DNA of 64,000 bases from an uncultured Enterobacterales bacterium (lineage in GTDB: Bacteria; Myxococcota_A; UBA796; JAFGLY01), in NCBI GenBank assembly GCA_964512185.1, contig CAZEJJ010000001.1, positions 40,704 through 104,703 of the forward strand, given 5' to 3'. The position numbers and the translations under genes are program-made. The notes under the pieces were generated by a model. The model had not been told where the DNA came from. It saw only the letters and a list, made by a program, of their open reading frames with translations, and ran no database searches. Numbering within the stretch: the stretch's first letter is position 1; every line of letters begins with the position of its first letter. This document shows, piece after piece, positions 45,329-55,000 of the stretch.

Positions 45329-47052
45329 GCGATCAGAACACCATCGACGAGCAGGCTGTGCTCCTGGCCAAGTGGCTGGATGAGCACCCGGGCAGCCCCG
45401 CCCCCGATGGGGTGGACCCCCAGGTGATCGAGACCATCTACGCCATGCGGCCCGACCTGGCGCCCGCCCCCAGCTTCTCCATCGACGACATCCTCTGCGA
45501 CATCACCGCCGGCCCCTTCGCCGACGCTGGCGCCGAGGTGGTGCCCCTCGCCCCCGAGCCCCCCACGCTTGGCACCCCCGAGCCCCGCGCCCACCAGCCG
45601 GGGCCAGCAGCCGAGGTGGTGGATCTGGCCGCGGCCCGTCGCCGCCGCTGGGCATGGATCGGCTCGGGTGTGGGAGCCTTCGCCGCCGCCGCCATGGCGC
45701 TGGTGGTGGCCATCCCCTTCCTCGACTCCGGCATCCAGCAGAGCGAGCTCTACCAGCCCTCCGGCAAGACCGCGGCCGAGGCGCCCACAGCGCAGCCCAC
45801 TCGCGCCGAGCCCATCCCCGAGCTGGCAGAGGACGCGCGGTGGCGAGAAGGGGCCGCCGCCAAGGACGCCGTGGTCAGCACCGACGCTGCGGAGGCGCGC
45901 GGCCCGGTCCCGGGCGCCGCGATCCCCGGCAGCGTCCTGGATGCCGACACCGAGCCCGGAGACGACGCCTTCGACGGTGACGCCTCGGGTCTGCCGGCCC
46001 AGTCCCAGCTGGAGCTGGGCGGTGCTGCGGGCGCGGGCGGCGCCGGGTCCATGGCAGGTGGCCAGCCCAGCGCCACCACCCCCAGCCCCGACCAACCCGC
46101 CAGGCGGGCCCGCGAGGCCAGCGAGGCCGCCAGCGAAGAGCCGGCCTTCGGCTGGTTCGAGGACGGCAGCGAGGCCCGCACGCCGCCCATGGAAGAGTCC
46201 GTCGCGGCGGCCGATCCGGCTCCGCTCCCCAGCCCGTCGCTCTCGACCACCGGGGGTGAAGCCGCTCCTGCGGGTGCGAGCCTCGCCGACTTCGATCTCC
46301 TGAGCGAAGACGAAGACGAGGAGACCTCCGGCGAGCTCCGGGGCGGCGCACTCACCGGGGAGGGCCTGGAGCAGAAGGCGCGCCGTGACGAGCAGGAGCG
46401 GCAGGCCGAAGCCGATGACCTGCTCGTCGACGAGGCCGACGCCGGCGCCTCCGCCGAGTACTACGACCGCAGCGCCTCGGCGGTGGAGTCCAGCTCCCGC
46501 GGCGCGCGATCCTCCTCCTCCAGAGCTGCCGGCCGCATCCGCGGTCGCGACCGCGCCATGGTGGGCGACCTGCCCACGGCCGCACCCGCCGAGCCCGCCA
46601 GCCCCGCCTTGGCGGCGGAGCCCGAAGAACCCGACGCGCTCCGGGCCCAGTCCGCGCCCCTGGACTACCGCAGCGACTGGTACCTGGCGGATCCCTCCCT
46701 CGACGAGCCCACCCGCGCCCGGATCGCCGCCTCCTACGCCCAGGCCCAGGCCGCCGTGGCCGCTGGCGACCTCACCCTCGCCATCGCCGTGCTCAAGCAG
46801 CTCATGACCCTGCCGCAGCCCAGGGTGGTGCAGGACGCCGCCTGGCGAGCGGCGGTGCTGGAGCTGCAGGCGGGAGCGCTGCCCTCCGCCACCACCACCG
46901 TGCAGAGGGGCCTCTCCGCCGACGGCAGCCCCACGGTCTACCGCAGCCGCCTGCTCTCGCTGCAGGGCTCCCTGCTGGAGGAGCAGGGCCGCGCCGCCGA
47001 GGCCATGGACGCCTACCGCGAAGCCGACGAGGCCAACGACGCGCGCGAGTAG
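45325..47052 (+). CDS. Putative anti-sigma factor: single-pass membrane protein with long acidic/Ala-rich periplasmic region
   Basis: ATGA overlap with the sigma gene. TM helix WAWIGSGVGAFAAAAMALVVAIPFL about 110 aa in. Low-complexity middle and a TPR-like C-terminus. Confidence 0.6.
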   Translation: MSDQNTIDEQAVLLAKWLDEHPGSPAPDGVDPQVIETIYAMRPDLAPAPSFSIDDILCDITAGPFADAGAEVVPLAPEPPTLGTPEPRAHQPGPAAEVVDLAAARRRRWAWIGSGVGAFAAAAMALVVAIPFLDSGIQQSELYQPSGKTAAEAPTAQPTRAEPIPELAEDARWREGAAAKDAVVSTDAAEARGPVPGAAIPGSVLDADTEPGDDAFDGDASGLPAQSQLELGGAAGAGGAGSMAGGQPSATTPSPDQPARRAREASEAASEEPAFGWFEDGSEARTPPMEESVAAADPAPLPSPSLSTTGGEAAPAGASLADFDLLSEDEDEETSGELRGGALTGEGLEQKARRDEQERQAEADDLLVDEADAGASAEYYDRSASAVESSSRGARSSSSRAAGRIRGRDRAMVGDLPTAAPAEPASPALAAEPEEPDALRAQSAPLDYRSDWYLADPSLDEPTRARIAASYAQAQAAVAAGDLTLAIAVLKQLMTLPQPRVVQDAAWRAAVLELQAGALPSATTTVQRGLSADGSPTVYRSRLLSLQGSLLEEQGRAAEAMDAYREADEANDARE

Positions 47053-47158
47053 CCCACGAGCCGGCATAGGCCCCTCCGCGTGAGCGAGTTACCGTGCCAG
47101 TGCCCACCGCCGGAGCGAGTTGGGCTAACATGGTGTTCTCCCGCCCCTGGAGGCCTTC

Positions 47159-47872
47159 ATGCGCGTGGCCCCTCGCAGCTTGATCCTCAGCTTCTGTGCC
47201 GCCAGCCTAGCGGGCTGCTTCTCCGGCAAAGACAAAGACAAGCACGACGACACCGGTGACACCGCCGCCGAAGAGCTGGAGCACCCGCTGGTTCCGGACG
47301 AGTACAGGGGCATCTGGGACACCGATGGCTGCGACGACGGCAAGGCGGCGGTCTACCACGTGGCACAAGGTCGGTCCGAGGTGGGCGAAGACGACGACGG
47401 CGACGAGATCATGTACCTGTCGTTCACCGAGCACTGGTACTGGTTCTGGGGCAACGACGACTACGAAGGCGACTGCGTCGACGAGTTCTCCTTCCAGGGC
47501 GTCGAGTCCAACGCCAACTGGGGCGCCAGCGATCCCTGCTCCGAGTGCGAAGAGGAGTTCACCGGCGACTACACCGAGAGCGCCGACGGTGACGACGGCT
47601 GCAGCGTGCTCTACAGCTACATCTTCCTGGACGAGGGCACGGGCTCCAACAACTTCACCGCCATGTTCAAGCTCGACACCCTCACCCCCTCGGGCAACCC
47701 GAACGTCGACAACAAGGCCCTGGTCATCGGGATCTTCAAGGACAGCGACGGCTACTGGTACCCCGACACCGACTACGCCCGCGGCCCGGTGGTCCCCGAC
47801 ACCGAGGGCGACTACGGCGGTGTCTCCAGCTACGACTGGGTCAACACCGCCACCATGTGCGTCGGGAGCTAG
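47159..47872 (+). CDS. Acidic Cys-containing lipoprotein of unknown function
   Basis: 237 aa. Lipobox SLAGC. D/E/W/Y-rich with 8 further Cys. Confidence 0.6.
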   Translation: MRVAPRSLILSFCAASLAGCFSGKDKDKHDDTGDTAAEELEHPLVPDEYRGIWDTDGCDDGKAAVYHVAQGRSEVGEDDDGDEIMYLSFTEHWYWFWGNDDYEGDCVDEFSFQGVESNANWGASDPCSECEEEFTGDYTESADGDDGCSVLYSYIFLDEGTGSNNFTAMFKLDTLTPSGNPNVDNKALVIGIFKDSDGYWYPDTDYARGPVVPDTEGDYGGVSSYDWVNTATMCVGS

Positions 47873-47898
47873 CAGCCCCCACTCCTGAGACGCCAACC

Positions 47899-49164
47899 AT
47901 GCTCGCCGTCCTCACCCTGCTGACGCTCATCATAGGGGCAGTGCTGCTGGCCCACTTCGTGCTCGGCAAGCTGCAGGAGCGCTTCCTCTACACCACCGGC
48001 GGTGAGTACATTCTCGTGGGCGTGCTGGTGGGCCCGGAGCTGCCGGTGCTCATCGCGGCCATCACCGGCACCGAGGTGCCCTGGCAGGGCGCCATCAACC
48101 GCGAGGTGCTGCGGCAGCTCGGGCCCCTCATCAGCCTGGCCATCGGCTGGGCCGGGCTGCTCTACGGCCTCAAGTTCGATCTGCGCGGCATGCTCAACAG
48201 GGGCAACGGCTCCTTCAGCCTGGCCTCCGTGCAGTCCATCGCCACCTTCGGGCTGGTCTACCTGGTCTGCCACCAGGTGCTCGGCCGCACCGGATTCCTG
48301 GGCCTCGACCCCCAACAGGCCTCGCTGGCTGCGCTCTTCCTGGCCGCCACGGCCGCGGTCTCATCGCCGGGAGCCCTCGAGCTCGTGTCGCGACGCTTCT
48401 CCACCCAGGGGCGTCACAGCGGCCTGCTCCGCGACTCCGGCGATCTCGAGGAGCTGCTGGCCATCTTCGCCTTCGGGCTGATCTTCTGCCTGTACCACCC
48501 CGCCACGGATCTCGAGACGGGCCGCGCCCTCACCCCCACCGAGTGGTACGTCGTCACCGTGCTGCTGGGCGTGGTCATGGGGGTGGTCTTCCACTTCTTC
48601 ATCGGCGACGACGACGACGAGAACCACATCTTCCTGGCCTTCACCGGCATCATCGTCTTCGCCAGCGGCGCGGCCTGGTACCTGCAGCTGTCGCCCCTGC
48701 TGGTCAGCCTGGTGCTGGGCATCGCCCTGGGCAACACCAGCCGCCACGCCCGCCGCGTGCTGCCCATCATCCAGCGCACCCAGCAGCCCATGGCGCTCAT
48801 GCTCCTGATCTTCGCCGGTGCCCTGTGGACCCGCGTGGCCTGGCCGGCCTTCGTGCTGGCCGTGCTGTACGTCACCATCCGGGCCTCGGGCAAGCTGCTG
48901 GGCGGCTGGCTGGGCGCCTGGTCGGTGGGCCCCGATGTGCGCCGCGATCTGGGTCGCGGTGTGCTGGGTCACGGCGAGGTCGCGGTGGCCATGGCCCTGA
49001 ACCTCCGGCTGGTGTACGAAGGTGCCTTCGTGGACTGGATCTACACCGCCGTGCTGGCCTCCCTGGTGCTGAACGAATTCTGGTCGGCGCGCCTGCTCAA
49101 GGGCCTGCTCATCGACGCTGGAGACATCCGCGCCGACACCACCCCCGCCAAGGGTAGGAGCTGA
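47899..49164 (+). CDS. Cation:proton antiporter (Na_H_Exchanger/CPA family) without its own RCK domain
   Basis: Internal ATG 47899 (MLAVLTLLTLIIGAVLLAHF...), about 12 TM segments. The stop overlaps the trkA start (TGATG). Confidence 0.85.
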   Translation: MLAVLTLLTLIIGAVLLAHFVLGKLQERFLYTTGGEYILVGVLVGPELPVLIAAITGTEVPWQGAINREVLRQLGPLISLAIGWAGLLYGLKFDLRGMLNRGNGSFSLASVQSIATFGLVYLVCHQVLGRTGFLGLDPQQASLAALFLAATAAVSSPGALELVSRRFSTQGRHSGLLRDSGDLEELLAIFAFGLIFCLYHPATDLETGRALTPTEWYVVTVLLGVVMGVVFHFFIGDDDDENHIFLAFTGIIVFASGAAWYLQLSPLLVSLVLGIALGNTSRHARRVLPIIQRTQQPMALMLLIFAGALWTRVAWPAFVLAVLYVTIRASGKLLGGWLGAWSVGPDVRRDLGRGVLGHGEVAVAMALNLRLVYEGAFVDWIYTAVLASLVLNEFWSARLLKGLLIDAGDIRADTTPAKGRS

Positions 49165-50507
49165 TGTACGCCATCGTCGTGGGCATGGGGCAGGTGGGGC
49201 GGCACGTGGTGGCCTGCCTGGCCAGCGAGGACCACGAGGTGGTGGCGGTGGACCGCGATCCCGACGCTCTGGCCACTATCGGGGAGCGCTACGACCTGGC
49301 CACGGTGCTGGGCTACGGCGCCAACCTGTCGCTGCTGCGCGAGGCGGGCGCCGCCGAGGCCGATCTCATCGTGGGGGTCACCAACGACGACGAGGTCAAC
49401 CTGGTGGCGGCGCTTGCCGGCTCCCACCTGGGCACCCGGCGCAGCATCGCACGCCTGCAGGGCTCCGAATTCGAAGACCGGGAAGAAGGCGTCTACCACG
49501 GCCTCCTCGGCATCGACGTGGTGGTCAACCCGCGCATCCTCGTGGCCTCCGAGATCGCCAAGGTGGCCCGCTCCCACGGCGCGCTGGACGTGCTCGGGCT
49601 GGCGGGCAACCGGCTGGAGCTGGTGCAGCTGGAGCTGCCTGTCCACAGCAAGATGCTGCACAAGCCCCTGGCGCAGCTTTCCATGCCCCGGCCCTCCCTG
49701 GTGGCGGCGGTGGTGCGCGACGGCGACCTGTTCGTGCCGGGCGGCGCTGACGTACTGCGGGCGGGCGACCGGGTGCACCTCATCGGCCACGCCGGGCGCA
49801 TGGAGCGGCTCGAGGATCTCTTCTGCGGCGGCCGCGAGGCCGCCAAGGTCTTCGTGGTGGGTGGAGGCGAGATCGGCCAGGCCGCCGCCCGCATGATGGC
49901 CAACGCGGGCATGGACGTGGTGCTGTTGGAGAAGCACCGCGACCACGCCGAGCGCATGGCGGTGCGCCTGCCCCGCGTCACGGTGCTGCACGGGGACGGC
50001 ACCGATCTGACGCTGCTCGAAGAGGAACAGGTGGGGGGCTACGACCTCTTCTGCGCCCTCACCCACGACGACGAAGTCAACCTCATGTCCGGCCTGCTGG
50101 CCAAGCGCGTGGGGGCGGCCCGCACCCTCTGCCTGGTGCAGCGCTCCGACTACATGGACATCTACCGACAGCTGGGCATCGACGTGGTCATGTCTCCGCG
50201 CCGCGTCGCCTCCAACCACATCCTGCGCTACGCCCGCCAGACCGAGCTGCAGTCCCTCACCATCCTCGAGGGCGGCCAGGCCGAGGTGCTCGAATTCAAG
50301 GCCGTGGCCGACAGCCGCGTGGTGGACATCCCGCTCAAGCGGCTCGACTTCCCCCGCGGCGCGCTCATCGCGGCCATCGTGGATCCCAGCGGAGTGCGCG
50401 TGCCCAGCGGCGAGGACCAGATCCCCCCCGCCGCCACCGTGGTGGTGCTCACCACCTCCGGAGCGCGCGGCACCGTGGAGCGCCTCTTCCGGCGCCGGAT
50501 CCTTTGA
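49164..50507 (+). CDS. trkA: Trk system potassium uptake protein TrkA (tandem RCK/KTN)
   Basis: 447 aa. Two Rossmann motifs (VVGMGQVGRHV, VVGGGEIGQAAA) and two TrkA-C domains. AGGAG RBS. Confidence 0.93.
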   Translation: MYAIVVGMGQVGRHVVACLASEDHEVVAVDRDPDALATIGERYDLATVLGYGANLSLLREAGAAEADLIVGVTNDDEVNLVAALAGSHLGTRRSIARLQGSEFEDREEGVYHGLLGIDVVVNPRILVASEIAKVARSHGALDVLGLAGNRLELVQLELPVHSKMLHKPLAQLSMPRPSLVAAVVRDGDLFVPGGADVLRAGDRVHLIGHAGRMERLEDLFCGGREAAKVFVVGGGEIGQAAARMMANAGMDVVLLEKHRDHAERMAVRLPRVTVLHGDGTDLTLLEEEQVGGYDLFCALTHDDEVNLMSGLLAKRVGAARTLCLVQRSDYMDIYRQLGIDVVMSPRRVASNHILRYARQTELQSLTILEGGQAEVLEFKAVADSRVVDIPLKRLDFPRGALIAAIVDPSGVRVPSGEDQIPPAATVVVLTTSGARGTVERLFRRRIL

Positions 50508-50573
50508 TGGCCTCGGCGCAGAGGGCATGCCATTCCCACGCGCTTCGCGCGCCCCGCCGCGCGGGCTGCTAGC

Positions 50574-52061
50574 GTGAGCACACGCCGAGTGCGGCGCGAG
50601 CGGCTCCGCCTGCTGGGCGGAGCGACGCGGCCCTTGAGCCAGCTGCTGGTGGTCCTGGCCTGCTTCATGGTGGCCACCGCAGCCGTGGGCCGCCTCTTCG
50701 CCGACAGCTGGGCAGGGGTGCCAGCGATGCTGGGCTCAGCGGCCATCACAGCCGGCACTGCCGCGGTCCTGCTGCTGCTGGCGCGCCGCTACCACCGGGC
50801 CGAGCTGGGCCGTCGCCAGGCCCTGCTGGTGGTGGGTCTGGCCTGGGTGGCCATGGGCCTCTTCGGCGGCCTGCCCTTCCTGCTGGGCGCGAGCTTTCCC
50901 GTACACGACGCCATCTTCGAGGCCACCTCCGGCTTCACCACCACCGGCGCCACCATCCTCCCCGAGATCGAAGAGCGCCTCTCCCCTCCCCTGCACCTGT
51001 GGCGCCTGCTCACCCACTGGCTTGGTGGGCTCGGGCTGGTGGTGCTGTTCGTGGCCATCTTCCCCGCACTGGGTGTGGGGGGCAGGCACCTGTACCACTC
51101 CGAAGCCCCGGGGCCCCGCAGCCAGGGCCTGGTGCCCCGGATCCGCGACACCTCCAAGGCCCTCTGGCGCATCTACCTGGCCATCACCGCGGCCGAGGTG
51201 GCGCTGCTACTGCTGGTGGGCCTCGATCCCTTCAACGCCATCGCCCACTCCTTCTCCACCATGGGCACCGGCGGCTTCTCCACCATGAACGCCTCCATCG
51301 CCGGCTTCGACAGCGTAGCGGTCGAGCTGGTGATCCTGGTCTTCATGCTCATCGCGGGCGTCAACTTCGGCCTGTTCTACGAGGCCACCCATCGCGGCTG
51401 GCGAGGCCTCTTCAAGAACGCCGAGCTGCGGGTCTACCTGGGTCTGTTCGCCCTGGTGGTGCTGATCGTCACCGTCAACATCTGGCCCCTGAAGCAGGAC
51501 CTGCTGGAGGCGCTGCGCCACGCCTCGTTCCAGGTGGCGGCCATCATCTCCACCACGGGCTTCGGCACCGACGACTTCGAGTCCTGGCCCACCCTCTCCC
51601 GCTGCCTGCTCATCGGCTGCTACTTCGTGGGCGGCTCGGCGGGCAGCACCGCGGGGGGCATGAAGGTCATCCGCCTGATCATCATCGTGCGGGTGCTCAT
51701 GGTGGAGATCCGCCGCACCCACCGGCCCAAGCTGGTGGCGCCGGTGATGGTCGGGGGCCGCGCCTTCCCCTCAGGAGCGGTCATGGAGGTCTTCGCCTTC
51801 GTCACCGTCTACCTGCTCACCTTCCTGGTGGGGGCCCTGCTGCTGGCGGTGCTGGACCCTGTGGACCTGACCACCGCCCTGATGGCCTCGCTGGCCTGCG
51901 TGGCCAACGTGGGGCCGGGGCTGGGGCTCGTGGGACCGGTGGACAACTACGCCTTCTTCTCTCCAGCCGCGAAGCTGGTACTGTCGATGCTCATGCTGCT
52001 GGGTCGCCTGGAGTTCTTCACCCTGCTGGCCCTGCTCAACCCCCGGTTCTGGAAGCGATAG
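50574..52061 (+). CDS. trkH: Trk system potassium uptake protein TrkH
   Basis: 495 aa, GTG start. Motifs FEATSGFTTTGATIL, STMGTGGFS, ISTTGFGT, GGSAGSTAGGMKV. Confidence 0.92.
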   Translation: MSTRRVRRERLRLLGGATRPLSQLLVVLACFMVATAAVGRLFADSWAGVPAMLGSAAITAGTAAVLLLLARRYHRAELGRRQALLVVGLAWVAMGLFGGLPFLLGASFPVHDAIFEATSGFTTTGATILPEIEERLSPPLHLWRLLTHWLGGLGLVVLFVAIFPALGVGGRHLYHSEAPGPRSQGLVPRIRDTSKALWRIYLAITAAEVALLLLVGLDPFNAIAHSFSTMGTGGFSTMNASIAGFDSVAVELVILVFMLIAGVNFGLFYEATHRGWRGLFKNAELRVYLGLFALVVLIVTVNIWPLKQDLLEALRHASFQVAAIISTTGFGTDDFESWPTLSRCLLIGCYFVGGSAGSTAGGMKVIRLIIIVRVLMVEIRRTHRPKLVAPVMVGGRAFPSGAVMEVFAFVTVYLLTFLVGALLLAVLDPVDLTTALMASLACVANVGPGLGLVGPVDNYAFFSPAAKLVLSMLMLLGRLEFFTLLALLNPRFWKR

Positions 52062-52064
52062 CCC

Positions 52065-55000
52065 ATGCTGCGTCAGATCGCCGTGGTGGCAGTGCTGTTC
52101 GGCATCATGACCTTGCTGCCGGCGCTGTTCGAGGCCCCCACCGGCGCGGTGAACGCCGTGTCGATGGCCGCCTTCGGCTTCATCGTGCTGGCCGCCTACA
52201 CCCTTGGCGAGCTCGCCGAGCGCATCCGCCTGCCTCACATCACCGGCTACCTGGTGGCGGGCCTGGTGTGCGGCCCCCACCTGCTGGGCCTGCTGGACGA
52301 CCAGGTGGTGCAGGATCTCAAGCTCTTCGACGCGCTGGCGGTGGCGCTCATCGGCATCAGCGCCGGCGGCGCCCTGAAGATCGGCGCCCTGCGCCGGGGC
52401 CTGCACCTGGTGGCGGGCGTGATCGTCGCCCAGTTCCTGGCCATCATGCTGGGCATCGGCCTGCTGGTGGGGCTGCTGTCCCTTCCCATCCCAGGCCTGG
52501 GGCTGGGCTTCCTCGTGGAGGGGGACTGGGCGCGCATCCTGGCCGTGGCGTTGCTGCTGGGCACCATCGCCTCCGCCTTCTCCCCCGCGGCCACCATCGC
52601 CGTGATCAACGGCGTGCGCGCCCGGGGCGCGGTCACCGAGAACGTCCTCGGGATCTCGATCCTCAACAACGTCGTCGTGGTGGCGGTCTTCGCCGCCACC
52701 CTGGCCGCCGGGCAGCGCCTGGTGGGTGCCGACGCGGGCGACACGCGGCTGATCATCGAGGTCCTCTCCACGCTGGGTGGCTCCCTGGGTCTGGGCCTGG
52801 TGCTGGGCGTCGTGCTCATGCTGCACCTGCGCTTCGTGGGCACCCACCTGCTCCTGCTGGTGGTGGGGCTGTGCTTCATCTTCACCTGGATCGCCCAGCA
52901 GACCGGCACCGAGCCCGTGCTCGTCTTCATCGTGGCGGGCTTCATCTTCGCCAACGCCAGCCCGCGCAGCGAGCAGCTGTTCACCGTCGTCGATCGGCTC
53001 TCGCTGCCCGTCTACGTGGTCTTCTTCTTCATCGCCGGCGCTGGCCTGCACGTGGACGCCCTCAAGGTGCTGTGGCCGGCGGCCCTGCTGCTCTTCGCGG
53101 GCCGCATGGGCAGCCTGCACCTGGGCACCCTCCTGGGCACGCGGCTGCTCAAGGGTCCAGATGGGCTCGGCCGCTACGGCTGGATGGCCTTCGGGCCCCA
53201 GGCCGGCATCGCCCTGAGCCTGGCCATGGTGGCCGGTCACGCCTTCCCCGAGTGGGGAGGCACCCTCGAGACCCTGGCCGTGGCCACCATCGGGCTGAAC
53301 GAGCTGGTGGGCCCCGCCCTGCTGCAGGCCTCCCTGGGCCTGGTGGGCGAGGCCCGCGCGGATCGCGGGGCCGGGGCCCACGGCGAGTCCGACGCCGAAG
53401 ACACGCGAGACGACCTCCCGGTCCCCGACGGCAGCTACGACCGCGGGGTGCCGGAGTGGCTGCCGGAGCCCGGCAGGCCGCGCCGCGACCCCTGGGGGCC
53501 GGCTCCCATCACCCGATCCAGGCGCCTGCGCGAGCTGGTGGATGGTCTACGCGGCGAGCTGCAGGCGGTGGTGCGCGATCTCAGGGCCGGTCCCGTCTCG
53601 CGCCGGCGGGAACAGGCCGCGCGCTTCCTGGGCCTGCTGCGCCGGGAGTTCCTGCGCGCCCACCGCCACACCACCCTGTCCCTGGTGAGCACACCTGACG
53701 AGCTGGCCTGGCGCGCAGCCCTGCGCCGCGAGCGTGCCGAGCTGGCGCGACGCTGGGAGCAGCTGCTGCTGGACCGCGCCGCCACCACTGACTTCCGCCA
53801 GGACCTGCTGACCTTCCAGGGCATCGTCGCGGCGGTGGACCGCTGCATCGAGGGCTGCCCGGAGGCGCTGGAGGTGCCGCTGGAGGCCGGCTGGGCGGAG
53901 CCCCGGGACGACGATCCCTACCGCCTGGCGGTGGCCCGCTGGCGCCTCAGGACGCGCCGGCGGCTGCTCACCCCCATCCTCGGCGCGCGCGAAGAGACCC
54001 GCGCGGTTGAGCTGCGCGCCCTGGCCCGCTACTGCCTGTCGGGGCAAGCCCCCACCAACCTGGTGGAGGCCGGCGCGCTGATCGCGCTCGGGGAGCGGCA
54101 CCTGCTCTCCCGGGCGCGGGCGGTCTTCGACAGCTGGCACCAGGCCCTCGAACAGCTCCTGTCCAGCCAGCTCTCGGTGGAGGAGCGCCGAGCGGCGCTG
54201 GAGAGCATCCGCGTGGAGATGGAGGAGGACTTCACGCTGGCCTCCCGCGAGGTGGATCGGATCGCAGATGACATCATCAGGGTCACGGCCTCTGCGCTGG
54301 GGCGCGCCTACCGGGAGCTGGTGGGCATGGTGGACCGCGCCGGCACCGCCGAGCTGCCCCAGAGCGGCTACCGCTTCAGCCGCGCCTTCGACGGGCGGCA
54401 GCGCGCGCTGCGGCAGCTGGACGAGGGCTTCGCCGTCTCCCGCGAGCTCACCCGGGGCATCGCCAGCACGCTGGCCATGGAGCTGGAGATGGTCCGCCTG
54501 GGCGTGCACATCCGCGAGGCGGTGGACGAGGCCGCCCAGGGCCTGGGCCGCGATGTGCACGGCAAGCTGCATGTCCAGCTCCGGCGCCTCTCCGAGGCAC
54601 TCGGCCACGCCATCGCGAACCTCCGCAGCCTCCTCTCCGGGGAGAGCCGCCAGCGCGAGGAGCTCCGGGAGGGCATCCAGCAGGGCACCGGTCCCCTGTC
54701 CCATGTCCTGGCGGACGCCCTGGCCATCGGCGAGAAGCTCCGCACCGCCCTCAAGCACGAGGCGGCCCTCGAGCCGCTGCTCCGGTCCCTCAACAGCGGG
54801 ATCGACGATCTCACGGACCGCTTCCTGGTGGTCGTGGACGCCCCGCCCCCGCAGGGTCGCGGCTTCCCATCCCGCGCCCAGACCCGCGACCTGCACTTCC
54901 GCGAGGCGGTGCGCAGCTACATGGAAGCCGAGGCCGGCCGCGACCTCTCCGAGGCGCTGAGCGAGCTGTGCAGCCGGGTGGACGAGGCCTACGTAGGCAT